A stretch of 63,900 bases of DNA, counting the filler, from Dicyema japonicum (Eukaryota; Animalia; Dicyemida), in assembly GCA_011109175.1 (NCBI GenBank). It is 5 parts of 5 records of this genome, joined end to end, with 100 filler letters (N's around TTAATTAATTAA, not from the genome) between each part and the next. Parts side by side here need not be neighbours in the genome. Positions count along the whole stretch, not along the records: positions 1 to 25,423 come from RDEW01000173.1; 4 more parts are not named here. One strand, 5' to 3'. Below the pieces are notes generated by a model, which was given only the letters and a program-made list of their open reading frames with translations, searched no databases and was not told the origin of the DNA. Below are positions 11,600 through 24,239 of this stretch, piece by piece. Position 1 is the stretch's first letter, and every line of letters begins with the position of its first letter. The position numbers and the translations under genes were made by a program.

Positions 11600-12500
11600 G
11601 AATTGGCAAACTACATGACGCACGCTAATTGATTATTATTATTACTCCCAGGATCATCGTGTTAAAAAAAGAGAAAGTTCTCAACTTCCTATGTGACCCC
11701 AGATCGACATCGAGTAGGTACCATCTGACGTGGACGAGAATCTTAAATGACTCTCCAGAAAGACATGTGGTTTTCTTGTATCTAGGGCGGTTTTTAAGTT
11801 ATTCGTTCATGGCTTCATAGAGGGGCTTGTTAGTCAGAGTAGCGTCATCACCATCTTCTGTTGTTGTCCATTTAGACAGGCGAACATAAAGTTCACCCAA
11901 TGAATTTTTTGGTAACTTCGTGGATTGATGACAGTTACAGGTGAGAGGAGTGGAAATGGCTATTGACTACGACTCACCTGCGTAGGTCAATGCTAGTTGT
12001 ACAAATTTCCGGTAGACAATGGAAAGTGCCCAGCATTTTTTCGAGTGGTTTTTAAAATATCTTCATTCTTGTAGTGCCACAGTCAATCGATTCTCGACAT
12101 TTGTTTCGAATGTAATTTGTCAAAAGGCACTCCCAGGATGGCTGATGAAGCCATAAAATGGATTACCACTTTGTTAATTGTCTTTAAGATGTAAAGAGGA
12201 TTACAAATGGTTTTGTAGCTGATACATACAGTTGTAGTCCTTCCAACAATTGGGTTATAAAATTGAATTTTCTTTTAACCATATGAGCGGCCACCTCGTA
12301 GTCCCTTGCAGAAATGACTATATCTTCATGATATAAAAGGAGACAGTTTTCGTCTGTGGGTTTATGCATATCGTGTATATTGAACACTGGTGGTGATAAT
12401 GAAAATTCCTGAGGCACCCCATTTGAGAGAAAGCGTCCTTGATTTCACATTGTTGCTGATTACCAGCCCAGGCCTTCTGCTCAGAAAGATAGAGACTATC
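11600..12500 (-). mobile_element. Decayed Ty3/gypsy pol (RT region)
   Basis: DAFSQ...MPQEFSLSPPVF...LLYHEDIVISA (YxDD relic)...SAILG...VYRKFV...ISTPLT. Confidence 0.6.
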
Positions 12501-12520
12501 TTTTCAGATAAGAATGCTGC

Positions 12521-12765
12521 ACTTTACGAAGAGCCATATTAGCTATAGTTCCTCCCAGGGAGGACACACACTATTTTAAGTAAAGAACAGCTATCATAAC
12601 TAATTGATGAGGGAGAACCAAGGAATTCTCTTAACTTTTTTTTTGTTGGTTGTGAGTTCTTTTATAGACGATGCTGATGTTCATTGATGACGGCATGGCT
12701 CGTCAAGTCAAAGCATCATAGATACGTAAAACCTTCAGCTGGAATTTACTACAATGAGATTCGAA
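12521..12765 (-). mobile_element. tRNA-derived SINE (older, diverged copy 2, 5' truncated)
   Basis: gacgag..gccgtcatca core and gtgtgtgtcct...tatggctc tail as in the other copies. Confidence 0.75.
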
Positions 12766-13734
12766 AGAGACTTTCTTGAGACTGACTCAAATGCTTTGGT
12801 AATGTCCAGAGACACAAGAACAGTCCATAAATATAGTTTTAGTAAATTGAATCTTTCTGAAATAAATTGAGAGAGGGTCGTCAAGTGTGTGGAAATTGAA
12901 TGGTTTGCTCGGACCTATATCGAAAGGCAGATTGTGATGTCACCTCGAATATAATTGAGAGTCTTTAAAAAGTCTTGAAACACGCATAGGATTGATTTTG
13001 GTCTGTAAGATGATGGTTCTCTAAGGGTGTGCCTGCCTTCCCAACTAGTAGTCTTCCATGGTTACCTAGGAAGTAATATGGAAGTTATCAGTTATTCTAG
13101 AACGTTCATAGTAATAACAGAATATTCTGGAAGCACCAAATAAAATGTCTGTAAAAACAGTTCTTCAAAGATAGACTATCCAGAGTTCTGTTAATCAAAA
13201 AATAGAACTTAAAAAAGATATACTATTCCAGATCCAGGAAATAGTTATTGCTTTCGAGTTTTGCAGAATGTAGGATCTCTCATAATTTTCAAATCAGGTC
13301 ACTTAAAGAAACCGTCAAGACTATCAGCGTCTAAGAATTTCTTTACCATTATCCTCAAATCAGGAGACACCGGTTTGGTAGACTTACTTAAGACTTAGTC
13401 ATAAGAAATTTAATAGTAATTTGAACACTATCGTTGAATCAAAAATCTCGAAGCATCAAAAGGTTGATTTATCGTCCAACTTCAAAAGTAGATTTTTCCG
13501 ATTACATAGTTTATACTGAGTTTCATAGCGAACCATTCTCATTCTTTTATTGTGTAAGGGACTATTACCCATTACCTCGAGACGTGGTGCTGTATTGCCT
13601 TTACAGTCTGGTTGATTTGCTTTGAGGTCAAGCTTCACCCGTTAGACTTCCCTCAGTCAAATAGACTTTTTATTTGTTTTTTATATGTACAAAAGACACC
13701 TATCATGGATGTGTGTTGTAGTGTGTGCAATAAG

Positions 13735-15837
13735 TAGGGCAACCAAAAGTCAACAAAGTCAACTTGAGTTCTTTGTTTAATTATAGTGTTAAAATACTAT
13801 TAATCAAATTATTATTATTATTTTTTTAAACAAAAAATGTTTTTAACAATTAAACAAATGTCAGTTGAACAAGCCTGCTGCGTGGATTGCGAACGAGTTC
13901 CCTCGGAGTATGGCTATTCCAATCTTTTGTCTTAGCCATAACCCTTCTCGTTGATCCCTTTTCTTTCTGGCAAGCAATCTTCCGAGTTCTCGCAAGAACT
14001 CAGCCGTCATTGGACCAACGGCTCCCGATGATTCGTCGCAACAGGAGTAAATCGATAGCGATCCCCGAGGCAAGAATATTTCTTGATTTTTAGGTTCTCC
14101 GCAGTCGAAGCAGCTGCTCCAGGTGTCTGAACCCAAATTATTTTAATAAAAAAATGTATATATAAAAAGTTATAAAAGCAACTAAGTCAATTTTTTACTT
14201 TTACCGTCAACTTTTATTTTATTGAGCAACTATTTAACTCTTATTGTCAACTTTTATTTTATTAATAATAAAAAATTATAATAATATTTTTTTAATATTA
14301 ATATAATTTCATAGTGCACGTTTCTTCGGTTTTTGTTGACTGCTTTTCTACAATGCCTAAAAACAGGGGTTCCAACACTAAGCGAATTTCTTCTATTGTT
14401 AATAAATATCCTAAGGAGTTTTCATCTTTATTGGATGGAAAATTATTCTGCAAATTATGTAATTCTTACGTAACTGCTAATAAGCAAAGGTTTGTTGATA
14501 AGCACAGACATTCCAAAAAGCATATTCTGAGAATCCCAAATACGAATAATACTTTGGATACTCATAGTAAAAATGAGGTTACTGCTGATTGTTTTGCCGT
14601 GGATCTTGCAAATGCATTTTATCAGCAAATATTCCACTTCATAAGTTACGAAATTCATCAATTTTTGATTTTTTAAATAATATGGACATTCTGTTCCTTC
14701 GGAAACCAAATGCAGAGACATTGTTACATTTCTTGGTGAAAGGATGGTTTCACAAATTATTAACACAGTTTCAAGTGAACAAATTGTTTTAATGATTGAC
14801 GAAAGTGATTTTGCAAAGAGAAGTATATTAATTTTCTTTTTGGAACATTAAAGAATCCACAAAAATATTTTTTTAATTGATTTAATTGTATTGCAATTAA
14901 TACACCCATAATTCCGCGATTATATGTCAAATATTGATGACGTCATCCGCAAACTCAATTTTGATAGGAAAAATTTATTTACTTATTTCTGATGCTGTTT
15001 CATATATCGTTTCTGCTGAGAAAGCATTAAAGCAATTATATTCAAATCTGTTTCATGTAACGTGTGTGACGCATTTGTTACATAATTGTACCTTCAGAAT
15101 TAAATTGCATTATCCAGAAGTAGATAGATTAATATATGCGTCAAAGCACTTGTTGTCAAAATAATTCACGACGTCAATTATTTACAGAAATTGGATATCC
15201 TCCTGAGCCCATTGTAACCAGATGGGGCAGTTGCTTAAATGCCGCTAACTATTACTCAAAAAATTTAACAGAAATCATAATATTCGCAATATATAGAATG
15301 GGAATCTTTATTAATACAAAGAGCAAAGGAATCTGTGATGAATCAATTAACTTCATACAAATTTAAAGACATAAGCCGGGAATATCATTTATTACAGATA
15401 TTTTAAAGGAAATTGAATCAAATAAATTTACTATTTCAAAAGCATATCATTTTTAAAAAAATACTGATTTTAAAGAAGATTGCTGTAAAATTGAAGACTA
15501 CATAAGCAACGGATGTTAAGAAACGACATTATAAAAAATGGAGTCATCTTAACTACCAATTTCAACATTTGATCTCTCATTATTACTGGATTTCCCGGCA
15601 ACATCGTGTTAAGTAGAGAGATCGTTTTCAATTCTTCATAAAATTTTAACGAAAGATAAAAATTTTCTACCTGAAAATGTTAAATATTATTTAATGTTGT
15701 GTTCTAATAAATAAATTTTTTTCATCTTAGGGCAATTTTTTATACATATTAGGTCAACTTTTTATTTTTTAGTGCAATTTAGTTGACTTTTAAGGTCAAT
15801 TTTTTACATTTTTAAGAGCAACTTTCCAGTTGACCTA
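13735..15837 (+). mobile_element. hAT transposon with a decayed CGGBP1-like transposase (~14353-15712)
   Basis: TIR tagggcaac / gttgaccta; 8-bp TSD gcaataag (13727-13734) and gtaataag (15838-15845); subterminal gtcaact repeats. Peptides LFCKLCN...DKHRHSKKH, SANIPLHKLRN, LISDAVSY, HVTCVTHLLHN, PPEPIVTRWGS, PATSC.VERSFS. Confidence 0.85.
13830..14135 (-). mobile_element. 3' fragment of a CRE-like LINE nested in the hAT element
   Basis: ESSGAVGP..AEFLRELGRLL...REGLWLRQKIGIAILRGN; same 3' tail as 52440-52565. Confidence 0.85.
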
Positions 15838-16135
15838 GTAATAAGACAGGAATGGAACTAAAATCAGTCGTCTTAAATAAAAGTTCTTTGATTAAAAACC
15901 ACATGTATTGGTCTCTTTATTCTTCTCCAAGCAATTCAGTGACATGAACTAGTCCACATATGTCTGAGACCTTCAGCTGTTTGTAGTTCAAAATTTCTGA
16001 CGAGTGTTCTAAAATGCACTCAAATTGCTATTGTTTTTTAACATACCTTGAATACAATTCGGATTGACCTTCGACTTTAGATGGAATTCTTTAATTACAA
16101 CATCAATTTAATAAAACTAAATTAATTCTACTCTG

Positions 16136-16838
16136 TTTTATCCAAGCATGGAGTTACCCTTAACTATCTTGCACTTTGATGGTAGCTTTAATATGTCAGA
16201 AAACTACAGCCTTTACCTCATGATTTTCCCATTTCTAAATGCAGAGAAATATGTTGGAATAATCAAGAACATCTTGTAAATGACAGGAATTTAGAATTGA
16301 GATTTGAACTCCATTTGCTCAAAAAAGGAAGAGGGTTTGATTGTCGCAGAAGATTCTTGTATTTTTAACTCGAAAAGATTTGAACTAGAATCCTAGGCGT
16401 ATAAGACACATTCTTTGGTCTAAACAAAAGATCATCATCACTTAGTCGATGTCCATAATAACTATACAAGGACTTATATCCATTCTGAAAATAAGTAGAC
16501 ATTTCATGAACCTTACTAATGATAACCATTTTGTTAACAAAAGTGTGAAACCAAGAATAACGCATTGGCTTTTCCAGAAGAATGGACTCGCGATCATGAA
16601 AGCAAACTCCCATTCGGGCTCAAAACCTGCAGGCAATAATGGATTCCGGTCATAACAACTGTATTTAACAATATTTGATGAAAATGTTTTACATGATTAA
16701 CTGATCATAATGATATATTGTTTGTAAAATTATGAAATTAATTATGTAATAAACTTCGTAATATTCAAGTAATAATTAATATAAAAGTAAAGTCAGAAAA
16801 ATAAGAACCGCAAAAAGGAATCTCGTCATACTGCACAT
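16136..16838. repeat. Right arm of the long inverted repeat (partner 1-703)
   Basis: Reverse complement of 1-703; virtually identical at 16620-16838 and more diverged inward. Confidence 0.95.
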
Positions 16839-17077
16839 TTAAACAAAATTTGGCTATCAAAGAGCTCCAAATCGTATAAAAGTAAACAAAAATAAACAAA
16901 AACAAAATTCAAACATTTAAACATTTTGCTCCCAACGAAAACTACTTTTTTTCTTTGTAAAGCATGAGTTAATATAGACGATTTTTCTAATCAAAATTAG
17001 ACGATGCAATATCAGAGTGCAATTTATATCTATCCTTGCTTATAATAATTATTTTGATAAAAATTAATATTTTTTTG

Positions 17078-18000
17078 AACGCACTTTACGAAATTATCCA
17101 CTACTTTTGTGAAACATGTTAAGAAACTAAATGTCTGTGAAAATCGATTTTACAATATTCGATTCATTAACTTCATTAATTGTTTAAAATCTAACAGATT
17201 TGACGATGAATTATCGTAGAGCAACTGATAACACACTTGGCGAAATTATCCACTACTTTTGTGAAACATGTTAAGATTCTAAAATGTCTGTGAAGATCGA
17301 TTTTTTCAATATTCGATTCATTTACTTCATTTATGTTTAAAATCTAACAGATTTGACGATGAATTATCGTATAGCAACTGATAACACACTTGGCGAAATT
17401 ATACACTAATCTTTGTGAAACATGTTAAGAAACTAAATGTCTGTGAAGATCGATTTTTTCAATATTCGATTCATTTACTTCATTTATGGTTTAAAATCTA
17501 ACAGATTGACGATGAATTATCGTATAACAACTGATAACGCACTTGGCGAAATTATGTACTAATCTTTGTCAAACATGTTAAGAAACTAAATGTCTGTGAA
17601 GATCGATTTTTTTCAATATTCGATTCATTTACTTCATTTATGGTTTAAAATCTAACAGATTTGACGATGAATTATCGTATAACAACTGATAACGCACTTG
17701 GCGAAATTATATACTAATCTTTGTCAAACATGTTAAGAAACTAAATGTCTGTGAAGATCGATTTTTATCAATATTCGATTCATTTACTTCATTTAATGGT
17801 TTAAAATCTAACAGATTTGACGATGAATTATCGTAGAGCAACTGATAACGCACTTGGCGAAATTATCCACTACTTTTTGTGAAACATGTTAAGAAACTAA
17901 ATGTCTGTGAAGATCGATTTTTTCAATATTCGATTCATTTACTTCATTTATGTTTAAAATCTAACAGATTTGACGATGAATTATCGTAGAGCAACTGATA
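17078..18000. repeat. Satellite array, ~6 units of 153-156 bp
   Basis: cttgg anchor ends at 17240, 17393, 17546, 17701 and 17857. Confidence 0.95.
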
Positions 18001-18039
18001 TCATTTTCCCTGCCTACTATTATATTATGGATCATAACC

Positions 18040-18750
18040 TCTTCATGGACATCCTCCCCGTTAGATTGTAGCAACAATAAGGTTCCGACCATGCCTTGGG
18101 TCACACGCAGTCATCATGTTCTTAGCATAGATCATCTGCTGGGTTATTTCAGTCACTGACAAAGAACGGTATTGTTGGAAGCCCTTTGAGTTCAGCGGGC
18201 AAATCCAGGTTACGGCAACACAGAAAAATGTATTCATTATACGGTCGGGGTACTCTTCTCTCACTTGTGAATTATCAGTGAGCCCATTCCGGAGCCAGTA
18301 CCACCTCCGAGTGAACGAATGATCTGAAATCCCTGCATGGCGTCGCAGGATTCGTCTCCTTGCGTACTACGTCAAGAACTGAGTTTACAAGTTCGGCTCC
18401 TTCCATGTAGTGTCCCTTGGCCCAGTTGTTTCCCAGCTCCTGATTGGCAAAGACGAAGTTATCGGGACGGAATATTTGCCCAAAGGATCCACTACGGACG
18501 GCGTCCATTGTTCGGGGTTCTATATCTACTAGGATCGCCCGTGGGACATATTTGCCTCCAGAAGCTTCGTTGTAGTACACATTAATTCGCTCTAATTTTA
18601 GATCAGAAATCACCAAAGTAAGATCCTGTGGTGTCTATCCCATGCTCATCTGATATTACCTCCCAAAACGTGAATTAGATCACATATTTCTACCTTAGAT
18701 CCTATTTGATTGCCACATTGCCCCGCTTGCATATGCAATATCTCACGCAT
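18040..18750 (-). pseudogene. TUBB: Beta-tubulin pseudogene (frameshifted, internally deleted, 3' truncated)
   Basis: MREILHMQAGQCGNQIGSK / [12 protein letters not shown] / [24 protein letters not shown] / [13 protein letters not shown] / [12 protein letters not shown] then jumps to QQYRSLSV...[13 protein letters not shown]; 25-nt intron ending CG instead of AG. Confidence 0.95.
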
Positions 18751-20294
18751 GTTATATAACCTTTTCTATAATTCCCCTGTATTTTTTTGGTTTGCCATTC
18801 TAAAAAAATAAATCTTCATTTTTATTAAGTTTTTAGTTATTTTTTTCTATTAATTAAATCGTCATTATTATAAAACTATTTTTAATTAGTATTATTTATA
18901 AGAAATTTATTCATCTGTAAAGCAAAACCTGAACCGACTGAACGCTTGACTGATGTAGAACCGTCTAATGATGATTGCAGAAAAGTCAATAGCTTTATTC
19001 ACATAAAACAAAGTTGCATCAACATGAACCGACTATTATAAGCAAGAACCATTTTAAAGTTTTCAATCATAACAAGAATTCATTGGGGTAATGATCTTGC
19101 CCCCACAATCACATGGGACTATATAAATTAACACAAATACATAAACAAGTTGTAAACCTGAGACAGGTAGATTGATGCACCTGTAACCACTTCCAAACAA
19201 AATATTTGGTAGTTATTCGTCTTTATTTCAGTTTTTTATTCTCCACTACAGATCTAAATGAGTGCTGATGTTGAGTTTAATCCTGATCTCAGTTTTTCCA
19301 GTTCTACAACTGAACGTTATGAATCAAATCGAAAGTTCTAGAACTTTAGACTTATGATTCTATACACCACTGGGATCTTACATTTATCCACGTTTTTCTA
19401 CTTCCAGATCAATTCCTTTTTCCGGGTCAATTTGATCCGTAAGGACCGTGAGATGGACCACGGTCGTTTTCTAAACAATGTGAAAGACGCCCTATCTTTC
19501 ACGGACACAAGTTCCACAAATCACAGTCCTCTCTATTTATAATAATTTTAACTAACAAATCGTGTTGAGTCCTCTAAAAAGAATGCAACATTTGATGCTC
19601 TATCATTAGGGTGATGAGAATTTTCTATTGGAGTAAATTAATATGCTCGATTTTCAGAGGAAAAAGAAAATCTCAAGCCAAACAAACATATCAACCTATT
19701 TCTACAAACATACCAACAGAAAACGATTATTCTATGAAGATGACCTTACCGTTAACCCGTCAACTCTTTACATGATGGGGATCATAAGATTTTCCTCCAT
19801 ATTTTGTAGAATGGGTGAACTCGGTTCACAGCCTGCTTGCACATAAATTCTCTTGTACAAGTACAAAAAAAAGAGATTCTTGAAAGCTGTAGGCATGATG
19901 CGAGATTTCTGCAGTGCTCTTCCATAGTTCCCATGGGTAATATATGATTTTATTATGTTGGTTGACACCTCTCTAATAATGTCTCTCATTATAGTACTCT
20001 CAGTCTGTCTATTCTACTTCGCTTAAAATTGCAACTTTCAACTTCAGAGGACTGAGGACAACGTCGATGAACTGAGAAGACGTGTTATGAGGAAAATTAA
20101 GAATAGAGGTAGAATGGATAGCGAAGAGAATGGCATAGGCTGAACCATAATCATTCATATGTTTATGGCGCGGAGACCAGCGGAGTGCATTAATTAACTA
20201 TGATTTTGTTATTTAACTTAACTATGATTTTCTTAATTGCCCACGTGTTATCATGTGACTACTTGATTGAAGGTTTCTTTTCCTTTCTTCAGAT

Positions 20295-20520
20295 GGCGTC
20301 ATCATATCCACCTTACTTAGAAGACGCTTGATACCAAACCGGCATTCAAAGGGATAAATTTCTTAATTCTACCAGAAGACTATTCCATTCCCTAGTGGCG
20401 AGTTTTGGGATCAACCTCAGCTCGCCCATGTTTACTTTGCTTGGATGAGGATTCTACTGGAACGCGTCAGGATTCCGGGATTAGTTAGGTTGGTTTTACC
20501 CTAATTCTTTAGAATAAATT
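20295..20520 (+). mobile_element. LINE 3'-end repeat copy
   Basis: Homologous to 2535-2720 (ccttact..., cattcaaa, ctggaacgcgtcaggat, ttggttttaccct). Confidence 0.6.
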
Positions 20521-20729
20521 AATATGGCTACGCTATTAATGGGCTATCAATTGAATCATTTGATTACTCATTATTGGACAAATTTTCATGGCAACTAAAA
20601 TTACCTATTTTGCCAAGTATTGCATATTTTCTTTTAACGTTAGCTGACCATTAATATTCGACATTTCGATAATACGGATAAATAAAATTATTCCAATGAC
20701 CAAGGGAAGAACCAAACTAATCAATTCCA

Positions 20730-21190
20730 TAGATTCTTGAATGTAGGAATGAATGCAGAAAACATAGCTGGTGTTCTGAACTCAAACTAAGATATTTTTT
20801 TCGTGGTTTAAACGAGGAGCATCGGAAGCAAAAAATTTGTTCGACGAAAGCTAGTGTTTTTTATTTTGGGAGAATATTAGAAATATTAAGCGAGCAATGA
20901 AAAACATTTTATGAACAAACGAGTTACTGGGGCAGAGGACACATTGTAGAATTCAGCAAAGAAAACATCCTTGATGTAATTAAACAGCTCCCGAACTGGA
21001 GAGCTAGTGGATCTGATGGGGTGCGTAACTTTTTTTTCAAAAAATTCACGATCATCTCTATGAAGAGGTATCCAAGCTATCTATTCTTCCCCGGGGACAA
21101 TGTTATTATCTGGAGATAAGTTCTGGAACGTTGGAACGAGTCAGGATCAAGGAGTTAGTAAGTTTGGTTACACATAGTCTTTGAACTAAT
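20730..21190 (+). mobile_element. R4-like LINE fragment (pre-RT region) followed by a LINE 3'-end repeat copy
   Basis: ILDVIKQLPNWRASGSDGVRNFFFKK; homologous to 55600-55940 on the minus strand. Confidence 0.7.
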
Positions 21191-22482
21191 TTGTCAATTA
21201 GACTGGCGAGCTGTAATCAAATGAACACCAATTTTATAGATAATTTCTTTTATTTTTTTTCAATTCAATTAACCCATTTTATAGATAATTTCTTTTTTTT
21301 AATTCAATCTCCGACGGAACTCGTTCGCAATCCACGGAGCAGGCTTTCTCAATGAACATTTGTTTTTTTGTAATTGTCTATAAAAATATTCAAATAAGTT
21401 TATTCAAAAGACAAAAATCAATCAAAAGTGTCCTCGCGATCGCAACAGAGATAACCGGATAAGAGACCGAGTCTCACGTGCGTCGTGGTTTTTAGTGTAG
21501 CTAGGCATCCAAGTTTCTTTNNNNNNNNNNNNNNNNNNNNNNNNNNNNNNNNNNNNNNNNNNNNNNNNNNNNNNNNNNNNNNNNNNNNNNNNNNNNNNNN
21601 NNNNNNNNNNNNNNNNNNNNNNNNNNNNNNNNNNNNNNNNNNNNNNNNNNNNNNNNNNNNNNNNNNNNNNNNNNNNNNNNNNNNNNNNNNNNNNNNNNNN
21701 NNNNNNNNNNNNNNNNNNNNNNNNNNNNNNNNNNNNNNNNNNNNNNNNNNNNNNNNNNNNNNNNNNNNNNNNNNNNNNNNNNNNNNNNNNNNNNNNNNNN
21801 NNNNNNNNNNNNNNNNNNNNNNNNNNNNNNNNNNNNNNNNNNNNNNNNNNNNNNNNNNNNNNNNNNNNNNNNNNNNNNNNNNNNNNNNNNNNNNNNNNNN
21901 NNNNNNNNNNNNNNNNNNNNNNNNNNNNNNNNNNNNNNNNNNNNNNNNNNNNNNNNNNNNNNNNNNNNNNNNNNNNNNNNNNNNNNNNNNNNNNNNNNNN
22001 NNNNNNNNNNNNNNNNNNNNNNNNNNNNNNNNNNNNNNNNNNNNNNNNNNNNNNNNNNNNNNNNNNNNNNNNNNNNNNNNNNNNNNNNNNNNNNNNNNNN
22101 NNNNNNNNNNNNNNNNNNNNNNNNNNNNNNNNNNNNNNNNNNNNNNNNNNNNNNNNNNNNNNNNNNNNNNNNNNNNNNNNNNNNNNNNNNNNNNNNNNNN
22201 NNNNNNNNNNNNNNNNNNNNNNNNNNNNNNNNNNNNNNNNNNNNNNNNNNNNNNNNNNNNNNNNNNNNNNNNNNNNNNNNNNNNNNNNNNNNNNNNNNNN
22301 NNNNNNNNNNNNNNNNNNNNNNNNNNNNNNNNNNNNNNNNNNNNNNNNNNNNNNNNNNNNNNNNNNNNNNNNNNNNNNNNNNNNNNNNNNNNNNNNNNNN
22401 NNNNNNNNNNNNNNNNNNNNNNNNNNNNNNNNNNNNNNNNNNNNNNNNNNNNNNNNNNNNNNNNNNNNNNNNNNNNNNNNNN

Positions 22483-23449
22483 TCAATATTCGATTCATTT
22501 ACTTCATTAATGGTTTAAAATCTAACAGATTTGACGATGAATTATCGTATAACAACTGATAACGCACTTTGCGAAATTATGTACTAATCTTTGTGAAACA
22601 TGTTAAGAAACTAAATGTCTGTGAAGATCGATTTTTTCAATATTCGATTCATTTACTCATTTATTGTTTAAAATCTAACAGATTTGACGATGAATATCGT
22701 ATAACAACTGATAACGCACTTGGCGAAATTATGTACTAATCTTTGTCAAACATGTTAAGAAACTAAATGTCTGTGAAGATCGATTTTTATCAATATTCGA
22801 TTCATTTACTTTCATTAATGGTTTAAATCTAACAGATTTGACGATGAATTGATCGTATAACAAACTGATAACGCACTTGCGAAATTATCCACTAAATCTT
22901 TTGTGAAACATGTTAAGAAACTAAATGTCTGTGAAGATCGATTTTTCAATATTCGATTCATTTACTTTCATTAATGGTTTAAAATCTAACAGATTTGACG
23001 ATGAATTATCGTATAACAACTGATAACGCACTTGGCGAAATTATATACTAAACTTTTGTGAAACATGTTAAGAAACTAAATGTCTGTGAAAATCGATTTT
23101 TTCAATATTCGATTCATTTACTTCATTATTGTTTAAAATCTAACAGATTTGACGATAATGATAAAATAGATATACGCACTTGGCGAAATTATATACTAAT
23201 CTTTGTCAACATGTTAAGAAACTAAATGTCTGTGAAGATCGATTTTTTCAATATTCGATTCATTTACTTCATTATTGTTTAAAATCTAACAGATTTGACG
23301 ATGAATTATCGTATAACAACTGATAACGCACTTGGCGAAATTATTACTAATCTTTTGTGAAACATGTTAGAAACTAAATGTCTGTGAAGATCGATTTTTT
23401 CAATATTCGATTCATTTACTTTATTTATTGTTTAAAATCTAACAGATTT
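22483..23449. repeat. Second array of the same ~153-156-bp satellite, emerging from an N gap
   Basis: Same unit and orientation as 17078-18000; about 6 units visible. Confidence 0.95.
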
Positions 23450-24239
23450 CTTTATTTCTTTCAACATAATTTTCTAGATGGCGTAGCATAGGTTTCGATC
23501 CTCTGTATTAGCCAAAGTCCTTGCTTGTTGATTCTCTTTTCGTGTTCCTTCGTCCTTCTATTTCTTTCTTTGTCGTTAATTTCCAGCAGTTGTACATTTT
23601 TTAATTATATTAAGTTCGAGATGATAGACAAACTAAGATGACTAAAGCGAACATTCTCAAATTGGATCGTAAGACAAAATGACTATGATTCAGCTCATTA
23701 TGCTCGTCTATAAATCAACTTCATTAACTTAGGATCATTATTATAATAAACAGAATAAATAAGGAACTCGAATGCTACAATGACTTGAACAAATTCGAGT
23801 TAGAGAAAGTTTCCGTACATATTGAATCTCAAGCAGACACCTCTATATTAACTACCTTAACATTAATTTTCAGTCGGATAACAATAGAGGACCAGTATGC
23901 CACTTCAAATCAAATGAAGATTAGTTAATACCAAACTGAGTGACTTAGTACTTGTCTGCTCTTTCCCATAGTCTTCAAACTGTTTCAACACTAACAGAGA
24001 CGGAAAGTAATCTCACATTAACCTATGAGGATCACCTCATAGTTCAAATATATGTAAAGACTGTTTGTCGTATTTCTGATGGATGCAATAATGCCAAAGT
24101 TTCTTTTCAGTAAAAACGGCAGCCACCAATTAGTGGTATGTATTTATTGTTAATCCACTATACGATCTTGTTTGAGTTAGTAAGCCACACTAATCATTTA
24201 TTTTTTTTTATTTTTTTATACTTATCCCTTCATTTATAC

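Noticed and set aside
17078-18000. Possible CRISPR array or 51-codon protein repeat
   Set aside because: No unique spacers, eukaryotic context, stop codons in each unit and unit length varying by non-multiples of three
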